The notes under the pieces: model-generated | What the model was told of the DNA's origin: nothing | The model's input: the letters and a program-made list of their open reading frames with translations, nothing else | Database searches by the model: none | From: Antedon mediterranea | Lineage: Eukaryota; Animalia; Echinodermata | Reading direction: 5' to 3' | NCBI RefSeq assembly: GCF_964355755.1 | Contig: NC_092678.1 | Location: 2,124,422-2,188,421, forward strand | Length of the DNA: 64,000 nucleotides | Shown: positions 1 through 11,600 of the stretch, piece by piece | Numbering within the stretch: the stretch's first letter is position 1 | Layout: every line of letters begins with the position of its first letter | Made by a program: the position numbers and the translations under genes

Positions 1-348
1 ACAATTTAGAGAACAATAAAATTATGACAACTAATAATGAAGTTTATGAAAATAAATACTCGTCAGAATTTTCCTATAGGCATACAGTTGGAAAGATCTC
101 ATTCTCTATCCTATTAGTTAGAATGCAATTTAAAAACAGACCAATTATATCAATAAACCACTCTTAAAATTATATAGCGAACTCGGTTCTGTTTTCTAAG
201 ATGGAAAATATAAAAGAGCTTGTGAATATTGTACGCCCAGTTAAAAAAAAATATATTAGAGAAAACTTAGTAAAATCCCTTTAAATTTGGATAAATCTAT
301 AATTAAATACATGTGTTGTAAGAAATCAAGAGATAGTATTATCATTAC

Positions 349-511
349 CTTGGTGAAACGTCTGGAATGACTGTTCCCGGGGTAAAGAATGGAAAGACTA
401 TTGGTGGAATAGCCGCCTCACACGTGCACACTGCGCAGTCAACTTGCTGAGAACCTCTATCGGATATCAGTACTTCCTCTCCTTCGTACGTTTTGGCAAA
501 ACAGTCTCCAT
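349..511 (-). CDS. Cys-rich gene exon 8 (type B, 163 nt)
   Basis: Paralog of exon 6 with the same length; donor AG|GTAAT, so the gene continues beyond position 1. Confidence 0.85.
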
Positions 512-3500
512 CTGTATCGACATAGATGTAAGTGAATAATCGTAAATATTATTCGAGTGTTTTAAAGATATTATTCTTTAAAAATTTCGTGATAGAGTTA
601 TTACATTTTCAGACAAAATCTTGTCGAAATCTAAAATAAAAGAAATATCAATTTGTTGGAAAAAAATATTGAAGTGGAAATAGAAAAAAAAGTACCTTCA
701 CAGACTGGACATCCACAGGCACTCTCTTCTGGATGCTGGCATATATTACTAACAAGACAAGGAGCAGGGTCTATACATAAGGTTTGGTCTTCAGACCGGA
801 TGCAGAAACAACCAAATGTGCATTTTGGGATATCATTAATTGTTTCATACACAAGTTCTTCATCAAACCCTTGACAGACACATCGAGAGTAGTCACATGT
901 CGCTTTTCTGTTTTAAAAAAATACAGAAACAATAAGATCATTATTAGACATTAGTATTTGGAATGATCTCTCTTTACAAGAACAGTAAAACTGCCTCAAT
1001 TGTTTTCCTATTAAATATGAATTTTCCAATGTGAATGTCCTCTTTAACAGCTTAGTAAACCTTATTGGTAGTGATCTTCATTTTTATAAGTCTTCTAAAT
1101 TTCTGTCTCCACTATCAAACTAGTTTTACAAAAAAAATTTAATGTGCCCAATTACAAATTTCGTGATATGCCCAAATAGGGTAGTGATATGACATCATCA
1201 TGTCCATATATCGGCACACATCACACTTTTTTGTCACATAAACTTTGATAGTGTAAACAGAGCTTAAGTTGTTTTAAACACTAAATATGGTATATACTGT
1301 AAATAATATGCTAGAGAATCAAGACGTGATATTTAATTATTACCTTGGTGGTACTGCTGGAATTGCTATTCCCGTTATAAAGATTGGTAAGTCTATTGGT
1401 GCAGAAGCCGCCTCGCACGTGCAAACTGCGCAATCAAGTTGCTGAGGACCGTTATCTGATATCAAAACTTCTTCTCCTTCATACGTTTTAGCAAAACAAT
1501 CTCCATCTATATCAAGATAAGTGTAGCATTCTTAGGCACGATCGTATCTAAACCTCAATGTCAAGTTTTGTTTAATTACAACAATAAAAAAAACAATTAT
1601 TATTGGAAATAAAATGTTGAAAAAACTTAAGGCAAAAATACCTTCACAGACTGGACATCCACAGGCACCCTCTTCTGGATGTTGACATATATTACTAACA
1701 AGACAAGGAGCAGGGTCTATACATAAGGTTTGGTCTTCAGACCGGATGCAGAAACAACCAAATGTGCATTCTGGTATATCAGCAATTTTGTCATATATAA
1801 GTGCTTCATCAAATCCGTTACAAGCACACCGCGAGTAATCACACGTCGCTTTTCTGAGAACAAAAATAGAGCACCAATAATTAATTTTATAACAATTTTA
1901 TCTAAATTCATCAGAGAAGAGTCTACATAGACTACTGGTGGTAGTAATTGAAGAATTTAAGCTCCAGTATATCTTCGCATCTGTAATCTTTTAAATTATT
2001 TACTTTCGAAGAATGTAAACACTATACATGTTACCTTTTCGGTAGTGGTGGAAGTAGGTCTAATATGGTTGCTGAAAAAAATGGTAATACTATTGGTTGG
2101 GAAGGTGCGTCGCACGTGCACACTGCGCATCCCACTTGCTGAGGACCGTTATCGGATATTAATACGTCTTTTTCTTCAAATGATTTGGCAAAACAATCTC
2201 CTTCTGTTAGGGTTAAAGAACATAAATTTTAGTTGATCATGATGAACTTTACTGCAATCACTGTTTTTTCTAACCAAAAATTAATTGAAGATTGGTCTTC
2301 AACAATTCAATGTTTCTGTTTCTGTTATTTATGTTTTCTATTAATTGCGGCCTAAGTTTGTTTACGGAAATTGGAAACTTTATCTATATAGGCACTAACC
2401 ATCACAGATGGGACATCCGCATACGTGATGATCTGGTTTGAAACATTTGTTGTCCACTTTACAAACGGCTGGGTCTATACATAACGTGGCACTTTCAGAT
2501 CGAATGCAGAAACAACCTAATGTGCACTGTGGAATATCAGCTACGGTTTCAAACACTTGTTCTGAAGGGTGACCATGGCAGGGGCATTGGGAGTAATCAC
2601 ATGTTGCTTTCCTGTACACAAATACACAATAACTTAACTGTATGAACTTTCCGATTTAGGACTAGTCAACTTTAAAGCCTAGTCTACACTAGCAAACTAT
2701 ATCAAATCTTCGAGTTTGATCCAGTTTTGCAAAGTTAAAAAAAGTAAACTTCTGCAAGCTTGCAGTTTCCCGAACTTTGGTTTACACTAGCAAAATTCTT
2801 CTTGCAAAACTTCGAGCTTGTAAACAAACGTTTTCAGCGTAAACTTCTGCAGATTTGTTTTCTGCAGTTTGTCGAAGTTTAAACGTTGGAAAACTCTTCT
2901 TGCCAAATTAGGACTATGCAAACAAGGCTTAACTTTAGTACTATATTAGTATTAAGACTTTATCAACTTAATCTAAACCAAACCTTCTTTGAGGAGATTC
3001 CTTGAGTAGGCCTAAGAATAATTTGAATCCGCATCCGGGGCACGGCTCTGCTGGCTCTGGTAGATTACAAGTACACACGGCACACCCAACAGCTTCCGCA
3101 GATCCTCCGCGGATTATCACTTCTCTACCGTCAGGATGTTCAGCAGCGCAATCATTTCCTAAATATAGTAAGCAAAAATTTTAAATATTTACCTAAGATA
3201 TTTCTAATAGATCTATAACAAATTTTTTTCTAATGCTTTTTTTTTATCTAAAAAAAATCTATTTTAAATTTTATATGATTGTTAAAACTTGTGTAGGCCT
3301 ACTGATGTATGATGTATATAGGCTAATTGGAATTTATTTGATGTAGGCCTACTTTATTTCGATTTGAATAAAGTGAAAACAATGTTGGAAACATAAAAAA
3401 AAAAGTATGACATAACTTCACTTACGGCCTCCGCAATCAGGACAATCATGACAATTAAATGTCGGATCTGCGCATGTCACAGAAGCCCCATCACAACTTT

Positions 3501-3711
3501 TTTCAACACATATTGTACTGGATGTTCTAACTCGACTTGGTTTATAAGTAAATGTGCCATGGTAGTAGGTGTACCCACCAACGCAAAAACAACCAAACGT
3601 ACAATCTGGAATATCTTCTTCTGCCTCGTAGTCTAATGGTGAACATTTGAGCGCGGCAGTCGCCCTGTCCAGAGGAACTAGAAGAACAACAAACAACAGA
3701 AAGCGATGCAT
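349..3711 (-). CDS. Secreted cysteine-rich protein with tandem VWC-like two-exon modules (3' part outside window); exons 3426-3711, 2984-3158, 2400-2611, 2035-2203, 1642-1853, 1344-1506, 696-907, 349-511
   Basis: ATG at 3711 followed by a signal peptide (MHRFLLFVVLLVPLDRATA). All exons have AG/GT boundaries with alternating phase 1/2 and join into one open frame. Repeated CTxGCFC...LC...C...C..P...CGCPxC and GDCFAK...CAVCTC motifs. The VWC-like (VWC2L/brorin-like) assignment is inferred from cysteine spacing only. Confidence 0.85.
696..907 (-). CDS. Cys-rich gene exon 7 (type A, 212 nt)
   Basis: Paralog of exon 5 with the same length and phases; overlaps ORF 631..852. Confidence 0.88.
1101..1264. 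mobile_element. MITE family A copy (TIR AGCTCTGTCTACACTATCAAAC; PIF/Harbinger-like)
   Basis: Inverted termini and internal GTGATGTGCCCAAATATGGTAGTGATATG shared with other copies in the window. Confidence 0.75.
1344..1506 (-). CDS. Cys-rich gene exon 6 (type B, 163 nt)
   Basis: GDCFAKTYEGEEVLISDNGPQQLDCAVCTCEAASAPIDLPIFITGIAIPAVPP. Confidence 0.85.
1642..1853 (-). CDS. Cys-rich gene exon 5 (type A, 212 nt)
   Basis: KATCDYSRCACNGFDEALIYDKIADIPECTFGCFCIRSEDQTLCIDPAPCLVSNICQHPEEGACGCPVCE. Confidence 0.88.
2035..2203 (-). CDS. Cys-rich gene exon 4 (type B)
   Basis: GDCFAKSFEEKDVLISDNGPQQVGCAVCTCDAPSQPIVLPFFSATILDLLPPLPK. Confidence 0.85.
2400..2611 (-). CDS. Cys-rich gene exon 3 (type A, 212 nt)
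   Basis: KATCDYSQCPCHGHPSEQVFETVADIPQCTLGCFCIRSESATLCIDPAVCKVDNKCFKPDHHVCGCPICD; CAG acceptor, GTTAG donor. Confidence 0.88.
2676..2929. mobile_element. Degenerate Harbinger-like MITE
   Basis: AGCCTAGTCTACACTAG ... GCAAACAAGGCT imperfect TIRs with TAA on both sides. Confidence 0.5.
2984..3158 (-). CDS. Cys-rich gene exon 2 (type B)
   Basis: NDCAAEHPDGREVIIRGGSAEAVGCAVCTCNLPEPAEPCPGCGFKLFLGLLKESPQR; TTTAG acceptor, AG|GT donor. Confidence 0.8.
3426..3711 (-). CDS. Cys-rich gene exon 1 (signal peptide + first Cys module)
   Basis: MHRFLLFVVLLVPLDRATAALKCSPLDYEAEEDIPDCTFGCFC...CHDCPDCGG; donor C|GTAAG, phase 1. Confidence 0.88.
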
Positions 3712-3765
3712 ATTGAAATTGATTTCACTCAAACATCGGTTGCATCAAACTGCTCCTACAACTAC

Positions 3766-3773
3766 TTTATATA
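3766..3773 (-). promoter_or_regulatory. Putative TATA box of the Cys-rich gene
   Basis: TATATAAA on the minus strand about 55 nt upstream of the ATG at 3711; the AT-rich background lowers specificity. Confidence 0.5.
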
Positions 3774-4139
3774 TCTAATATATCTAAGATTAATCTTCTA
3801 AATGATAAAGATTACTAAATAGGAAACTGACAACTATAAACGATTAACTTACTATATCCGTCTCTTCAGATTAAAATGGTTTCAAGGCTATGGAAAGGAC
3901 GATTTGTTTATTTAATAATTAGAGCAGTATTCATACAACATGTAAGAAGAATGGAGTAAACGTACTCAGTACCGGTCTTACTGGCGGTTACGACGATCAT
4001 GCAATTTCTTCGAGCAAAAAGTTTATATTACGTTATTAGAGGCGCATTCCGATTTTAGGCAATTTCTACTTTGCTGAAATACTGCATAAGAAAAATTTCC
4101 CTTGATACCTTTCTCTATGCCTATATTATATAAATATAT

Positions 4140-4290
4140 ATATCAAGCAGAAGGTTTCGGGTTCGAATCTCGGTTGGGCGACGTTTTCTAATTCACACAG
4201 ATTTCCTCATCTTTATCGTTCCAAATTAATTAATTAAATTTCAGTATATCACCGGGCGGTTTAGAGTTTATTCTGTGCCTGTGATGTTTA
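4140..4290 (+). mobile_element. tRNA-derived SINE fragment
   Basis: B-box GGTTCGAATC; related inverted copy at about 17828-17870. Confidence 0.45.
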
Positions 4291-6504
4291 TATATGTTAT
4301 ATATATCTTTCGTAGGCGCGCCTGTTGTCCAGTTCACGTTGAGTTGCGGCTAGTGGCGTTGTGATCCAGATTTACGATTCAACAGGAAAAGATGGAAATC
4401 ATGCTATACGGTACGTCGACGCTTGAAACCGTTGACAATGTTCTTAGTAAAAGCAATTTTACTTAATAGCCAAAAAGCTTTTTAGAGTTGTATGAAAACT
4501 ATAAAATATTTGTTAAATAGAATAAGAATCTACAGAACTACTTATGATACTGTTTTATTTCATCTTCATAATTCTGAAAAGAGAAATTACCAATGGCATA
4601 TTTTCACCAACTTATTATCATACCATTAAAATTCCATTGCACTTGAACGCTGGTGTATTGAAACAACAATCACAAGTACATATCACATTCAAATATGTTA
4701 AAAGCATATTTGATAGGTAATCAATCGTCAAATATATGCAATACATTGTATGTACTAAAATGGTTTGAATATATATATTACATATTTGATGAATTGTTAA
4801 CAGAATTAAAAACGTCGGGAAAACTTTGTAAAATGCTAGGATTCGCCGTTTGTAGACACATTAACACACAGTAATAGCTTAAAATACTGTTATAATTAGC
4901 ATTGAATATTAAATAACATAGTTTGCATAATTCAAGAGGGCATGATTTGTTCACACCTATAAATAATGTATTACCATCACCAAAAGTCTCTCGTTGAAGT
5001 TTCAACCACCTAGTTAAGTCCCTTCAAGTTTCAATAATTTAATATATCTCAAAGATTACCATATTTTAGGCCTATTTCCGAATTATATCACAATATTCCG
5101 AGTTACTTTTCAAATTATCTGCAAATGTTATAACCACCTAAAATTACTTCAAAATTTAAAATCACCCACAAATAATATTGATATCAATTCGTTTGGATAG
5201 ACACACATCATCAACGTCATGCTGGAAAGGACCAACATGAATGGACCTTCTACAAAATTCCATGGATATCAAAAGAGATACGCAAAGCACTTTCCTATTA
5301 TTTTAACCATTTCTTTAAACTCTTGTATAACCTACAGTTGCTACTTTTATAATTTAAGCATTAACAATATCTTGAAATATGAAACAGACTAACTAATGTT
5401 AAGTATACTTTTATATTATGTGTAATGTTAGTATAACATACCATATTGAGTTTAATAAAATAGGCATATATAATTAATTATATCATGATATTGAAATATG
5501 CATGGTATTATTGTTGCATAAAATTGGTGGTGACAAAGGAAAAGAACGCATCATTTTAACAGTTTCCTGATATAATTACATCCTAAGATATTTCTTGTAA
5601 AATCCTCAATAATTAACAGGCTAACATCAAGAAAAGTCAAACCACCAGCAACTAAGTTGCATAACATATACAATTTTGGATGAGGCTATCGGCACGGCCA
5701 CATGCCGATAGCCACTTTCCATTTTGAATTACAAGTTGGATTAAGTCTGTATTATAAAAAAAACCCATCACGATTTGCATAAATGTATTTCATTATGTCT
5801 ATGCAATCGTCATATTTGCCGTTTTTTAGAAGGCAAAATTGTGATAAGTGCAGCGCACGTTGTGATGACATATTAATGATTTGCAACCATTTTGCTGCTG
5901 GTTAGTGATAACATTTTACTAACTAACAAATGTATTTAAGAAGTAAAATAGGTCTAATGGTCGGTGAACACACTGAATATACCAAATACTGTAATTTTAA
6001 TTTGAACATTATTATTAGTTGTTTTTTTTTAAAAATTGGATTAATATAAGACTTTCTTTTTTTGGTAAGAAATGAAATTATGGTAAATTTTTGACATTAA
6101 TATGCGATACAATTAAAACACTTTCTATTAGATACCTAGTGGTGTCCAATAAAACTCATTTGTTGTTCTTTTTTTAAAATTTACTACAGTAATGTAAATC
6201 AAGTCCAGGAAACGTTCTGTCTTATAAAACAGACTATACCTAACATGTCATACTCTATATCAAAACTACTTATTAAAAAAACAAATCAATCAACAATAAA
6301 TAATGATAAAACGGCATTGGAAAAGAAATATTATTTTCATGAAACACAAAATAAAATTAAATTAAAATGTTTTACATAAATCATACGATACGAAGCAAAT
6401 AAGAAATAAAAAAAAACTTGTTATATCTCCTCAAATCCACGCAACAGATCCTCTGACAATTATTATAACATTAATCCTTTTGTATATACACTGCATATTT
6501 TAAA

Positions 6505-6548
<44 letters not shown>

Positions 6549-8561
6549 GCTTTACAAGGTAATATTATATCAATAGAAAAGGCAAAAAGAGTAATAAAAA
6601 GTAAATTTCAAGTAATTCGTATTAGTATTATTTACATTTATTTAATACAGTATTATTATAACGCGATATTTTGATTTTAGCTCTGCATTGCAATCGCAGT
6701 ACCGGCTGCGGTAACATAAAACTCGTTTTTATATAGGTAAACGCAATATATACCCATGCGCATATAGTGTATAATAAGCGAGTCCTCCTCAGCGGTTTTT
6801 GTCGCTTGACTTTGGTTAAGATGCGTCAGAAATGTTACTACTGTCAATTTTTTTGATTTTTTAATTTAGAGTTCATTAACACAGTTAATTTTTACAGTTG
6901 ATAAAACGGTCAATTAATTCATTTCATCTACAAAAACAAGTTTCAGGTTTTGGAAAGTTATGAAAATTCAATACCATATTTTCCAGGGTACTGGAAAATG
7001 TTGTTTGGAAAAGTTTGGGAAATATTTAAAAATGTAAAATTTGTTTTCAATTAAATTTAATTTCTGCAAAATGTTAACATAGTTGGTTTTGGAAAAAAAT
7101 GAACCCGGATCTAACCTAAATAGAAATGTGTTCAAAAATCACCAACACATCATGAAGGGTGAAACTATACCAATAGATCGGTTTGTCCATATAGTCTCTG
7201 AGTTGCGAGACGCTTAAAAAATGTCATTTTTGTTATTTTACCTTGTTTATATCACAAATGTAATTAAATCAACCCGACATACCTAAGTACACAATTAAAA
7301 CTTGTAGAAGGCAAACTTGCTAGTCTCAAAGCACTAGGTCATAACTTCTGACAAAAGTGTCTGCTATGGAGTCTAGTAGGACTAGTGTGTTATAATTATA
7401 ACCTGTCTGGTTAAACTATCTATCAATCAGGGAAGAGTAAAATGTAATTCCAATCTTCCTTGGTAAAAATATAGCAGTCACGTTTTTCCATTTTCTATTA
7501 TTTTTCTTGTTGGTCAAGTAAACCCTCATGGAATGACAAGATATATTGACAACAACAACAACAACAACACAATTGTGCATAAAATTGAACAATATAACAA
7601 TGTGATGTATTAGTGATTGTAGTAATACCAACAAAACATACAAAACCCTGTCAAATATCTGGTCTTACAAACAATTAAATTCAATAAATTGTAGTGGTGA
7701 CAATGGACACAAAAAGAAAACATGAAACTCAACGCTATTTACATATAAATAGATACAGGTGTCAATTATGCAAATATGAGTAGAACTTCAGTTTAAACAT
7801 AAGTTACAACAATAAAAATTTGTTATAAATTATTCAAATTGTAATATGCAAATAAACATTGAATGTATTAATAATTATGAAAAGTAAGAAATTGATGTTT
7901 TGTCTCAAACAACTAAATGAGATCTCAACAATCAATTTTCAAACTAATGTATATACTGTACAACAATATAAAAAAGTGAGTTGTGTGGTATATATATATA
8001 TATATATATATATTAAATTTAGATGTATAATTTCTAATATCATTAAACAGTTTTCTAACTTCTATGATAGTTGGAATATCAAAATGTTCTATTAAAAAAA
8101 CTGGCTAAAATTTTAATTTGTTAAAAAATATTTTCAATCTATTGTGATTGGAGAATACTTTTTGCAGATGAATTTTTATTATTATCATTTTATCACTCAA
8201 TTCATCAATATGCTAGGTACCTCTTTAAAAACAAGATCTTTTGTAAATCAAAAACAAAATAATCATTAAAATAAAACAGTATTTTTAAACTAAGACTAAT
8301 AATAAATCTCAAACAACAGCAGCACGAAAAACTAAAAAAAAAATGTAATACTGTATTTCAGAAAATGATTTAAAAATAATTTAAAATAAAACCAAAAACA
8401 TTTTTTAAACTATTGCAGCTTTTTCCATGTGTCAAATAATTTATTATGAGTGAAAACGGTAATAACAAAATTGTCATAATTTGCTTTCATTGTCAATTCA
8501 GTACAAAAAGTTGTTTCTATTGGTCGACGTCACCCGCAAAAATGTCATTTACTCATTTCTG

Positions 8562-8660
8562 TCACATCAATCGCTGTTGTAACAGGAACGTTGGCACGAC
8601 AAGAAGCATTAACCAAAATGAGGGTGATATAGTTATTCCACCGCTGCAAATATGTTGCTC
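8562..8660 (-). CDS. CACNA2D: alpha-2/delta last coding exon [32 protein letters not shown] (GPI-type signal)
   Basis: TTTAG acceptor, TGA at 8562-8564, small-residue CSGG followed by a hydrophobic tail. Confidence 0.9.
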   Translation of the reverse strand, partial: EQHICSGGITISPSFWLMLLVVPTFLLQQRLM

Positions 8661-11600
8661 CTAAATAAACAAAATAAAAATATTTATCCAAGTCAGATAG
8701 AAATAAGGCTACCGGCATGATCGACCATGCATGCAATTTTATATATGCACAGTCGACCATGCATCAAAGTTAGAACTTTCTATCGACACAATTGGTTATC
8801 GAAGATGTAGTGTTAGTGTTAGTTAATGTTTATAGTGCTAGTGTATAGTGTAGATGATTTAGTTTAAAAGTGCTAGATAGTCAATATGTTGGTCATACAT
8901 CAAATTAGTATTTTCCGATTAGCACGGTCAACCGTGTTCCTTTATTCTGTCAAAAAACTTTAAATGAGACACACGGTCAACTGTGCTGATAGCACATGCA
9001 TGATTGACTGTACTGTGCTAATAATCACTTCCAACTAAGCAACATAAAGACACCATCAAATTCAGAAAGTCAAGCTTTCTTTCAACTGCATGATGAAAAC
9101 ATCGCAAATGGTGTTTGTGTAGTTGTAGGTTAGCATATTACTGTATTTCAATTCTTTTAAAAACCAATTTCTCATAAATTGAATGTGCTAGGTTATACAT
9201 ACCTTGGAATGATTGAAGAAACAATTTTTTGGCCGCCTTCGATATCTCGGATATTTAGCCTCATCTTCAGGTTTCGGACCAGGTGCATAGGAGTTAAGGG
9301 CTAATTATTCAATAATAATATAATAGTAAATATTCACACTTAATAGAGGTCCTCATATAGGACACCCCTATTCTGGGACAAACTTCAAACAGGAAAAATA
9401 AAGTACTAGACTTTTCGTTTCCACAATGCGCCTCACGGCTACGTGCCTATTAAGTAAAAACATCATTCTGCAAACGGTCATATATTTCTGAGCACAGAAT
9501 TATCTTTTTACTCAATAGACATGCACCCGCGAAAGTCGATATCATGGAAGGTAATGTGTATGCTCTTATTTTAAAAACTGTAAATTGGTCTATCACCATC
9601 AAGTTACAACATTATTTAATTGCAATGTAAAGGATATAATCCTGTTGAGGCTCTTGTCGTAAGACTTTTGAGGTGCAGGTAGTAGTAGAGTTATCGGGGG
9701 CGTCCACTATCACTAGTAACATGTTGGTAGCATTAAGATCGTCCGTGTTCAGCCTGGCTGCTTTCCATTGTCTATATAAAAAATAAAACAAGTATTGCAT
9801 CGACTTATTTAATAATTTAAGATGTGATTTTTTTTCTTCAAAGGGTCTTACGGCTACAGAAAATAAACTGTTCCTATAAGATCCCTGCAATATTGAATAA
9901 ATGTGAATGAATATAAATCCAAACGAGAATGGGAAGAAGACAAGGAAGACAAAAAAAGAAAGAGGAAAGAGAGATTCAGTAATGTTACATCCAGTAAATG
10001 GATGACGGAGTACCTGGTTTTCTGAGAGTTATTTGTTTTTTCAAAGTATCTGGTTTTCTGAGTGTTTCTAGTTTTTTACGAGTTTCTAGTTTTCTAAGGG
10101 TTTCTGGTTTTCTGAGAGCTTCTGGTTTTCTCAGAGTTTTTTCAGAGTATCTAGTTTTCAGAGTGTTTCTAAATTTCTGAGAGTGTCTGGTTTTCTAAGA
10201 GTTATTGGTTTTCTGAGAGTTTCTGATTTTCTCAGAGTTTCCAGTGTTCTGAGAGTTTTTGGTTTTTTAATTTCTGGTTTTCTCAGTTTCTGGTTCTGGC
10301 AGATTTGATTATTGAAGTTATTTGGCAAGAGTTAAAATATTACATACCTTATACCTCCTTGTATGCAATCTGATACATTTCCTTCTGCGCTGGCAACACG
10401 TCCAAAATGCCATAACTTCTGAAGTTTAATACAGCTCTCGTTACCAGGTTTACCAGATTCCTCAACAGTTTCTACCATTTCCTCTGTCGTATACAGGTCA
10501 TACGGCAGTTCTGTTGTTTGGCTAAACACTGTTTTACGGAAAATTAAAATGTTACATATTGCTGGGAACTAAGGAAATCGAGAGTAAATGTTTGTAGTGG
10601 AGCTGTAACTTGGTGGTTATAGCATGCTTGCCTTCCAATCCTAAGGTCCAGGGTTCAATCCTGACCTAGTGTAAGGGTTGTTACTCTGATCTGATTAGAA
10701 CACTAAAAACTAAATGCACGTTTTATTTAAGTTGTTACCTGATAAGATGTCCCCGGACAGGATTTGATAGAACAACTGTTTTACAAACGACCTGAAAATT
10801 CAAATACATTTTTATTTCAACAAAATCTTATATTATCAATGTTTATAATATTTTCACATTGCCAAAACAGTGTAACAATCAGATAAAATTAATTTGAATA
10901 TAATATTTAAATGTATTCAGTATCACTGTGAAGTTTAGAACAGTAAGTAAGCCAATTATCCTACATAACAATTACCCAATTTTGCATTACGGTCTTGTTC
11001 TGGGTTACAATATCTGGATTAAATCTCAAATTCGGATGGCAGTGTAAAAGAGAACAGGGGCAGATTCAGGGTTTTTTTAACAGGAGAGCGCTATAATAGT
11101 AATAGTCTGTTTAAAATAGATATAAACAAGAAGTTTATAATTTAGCTTTTGAAAAGGATGATAGTGTTTGCCTATTATAGCACTAACTGCTGGATACGCC
11201 CTGAAGAGACAAAAGAAAAACAATCTTACCACGAGGCAGCGGTGACAACATAGTTGAAGTTGAGGAAGTCTGCTATGGTTGGCTGTAGGCAAATTATTAT
11301 GAACAAAATTATACATAAAATATTATTTTTAATTTATGTTGAAACTTTTGTGAATTTTGGAAACATGATTTCATGTATATGGAGATATGGTAATTATACC
11401 AATGATGATGATGATAATAATGTGACAGATATGACGATGATAATATTAAACTCACCACATAGAAAGACTTGATTCCAAAACTTTCAATAGAATCCACCGA
11501 TTCACATGATGCCTGGAAATCGTACAGCTCCTCTCTAAAATTATACAAATAAAAACAACATAATTTATTAAAAGAGAAGAGTTATGTTTCAGCACTGGTA

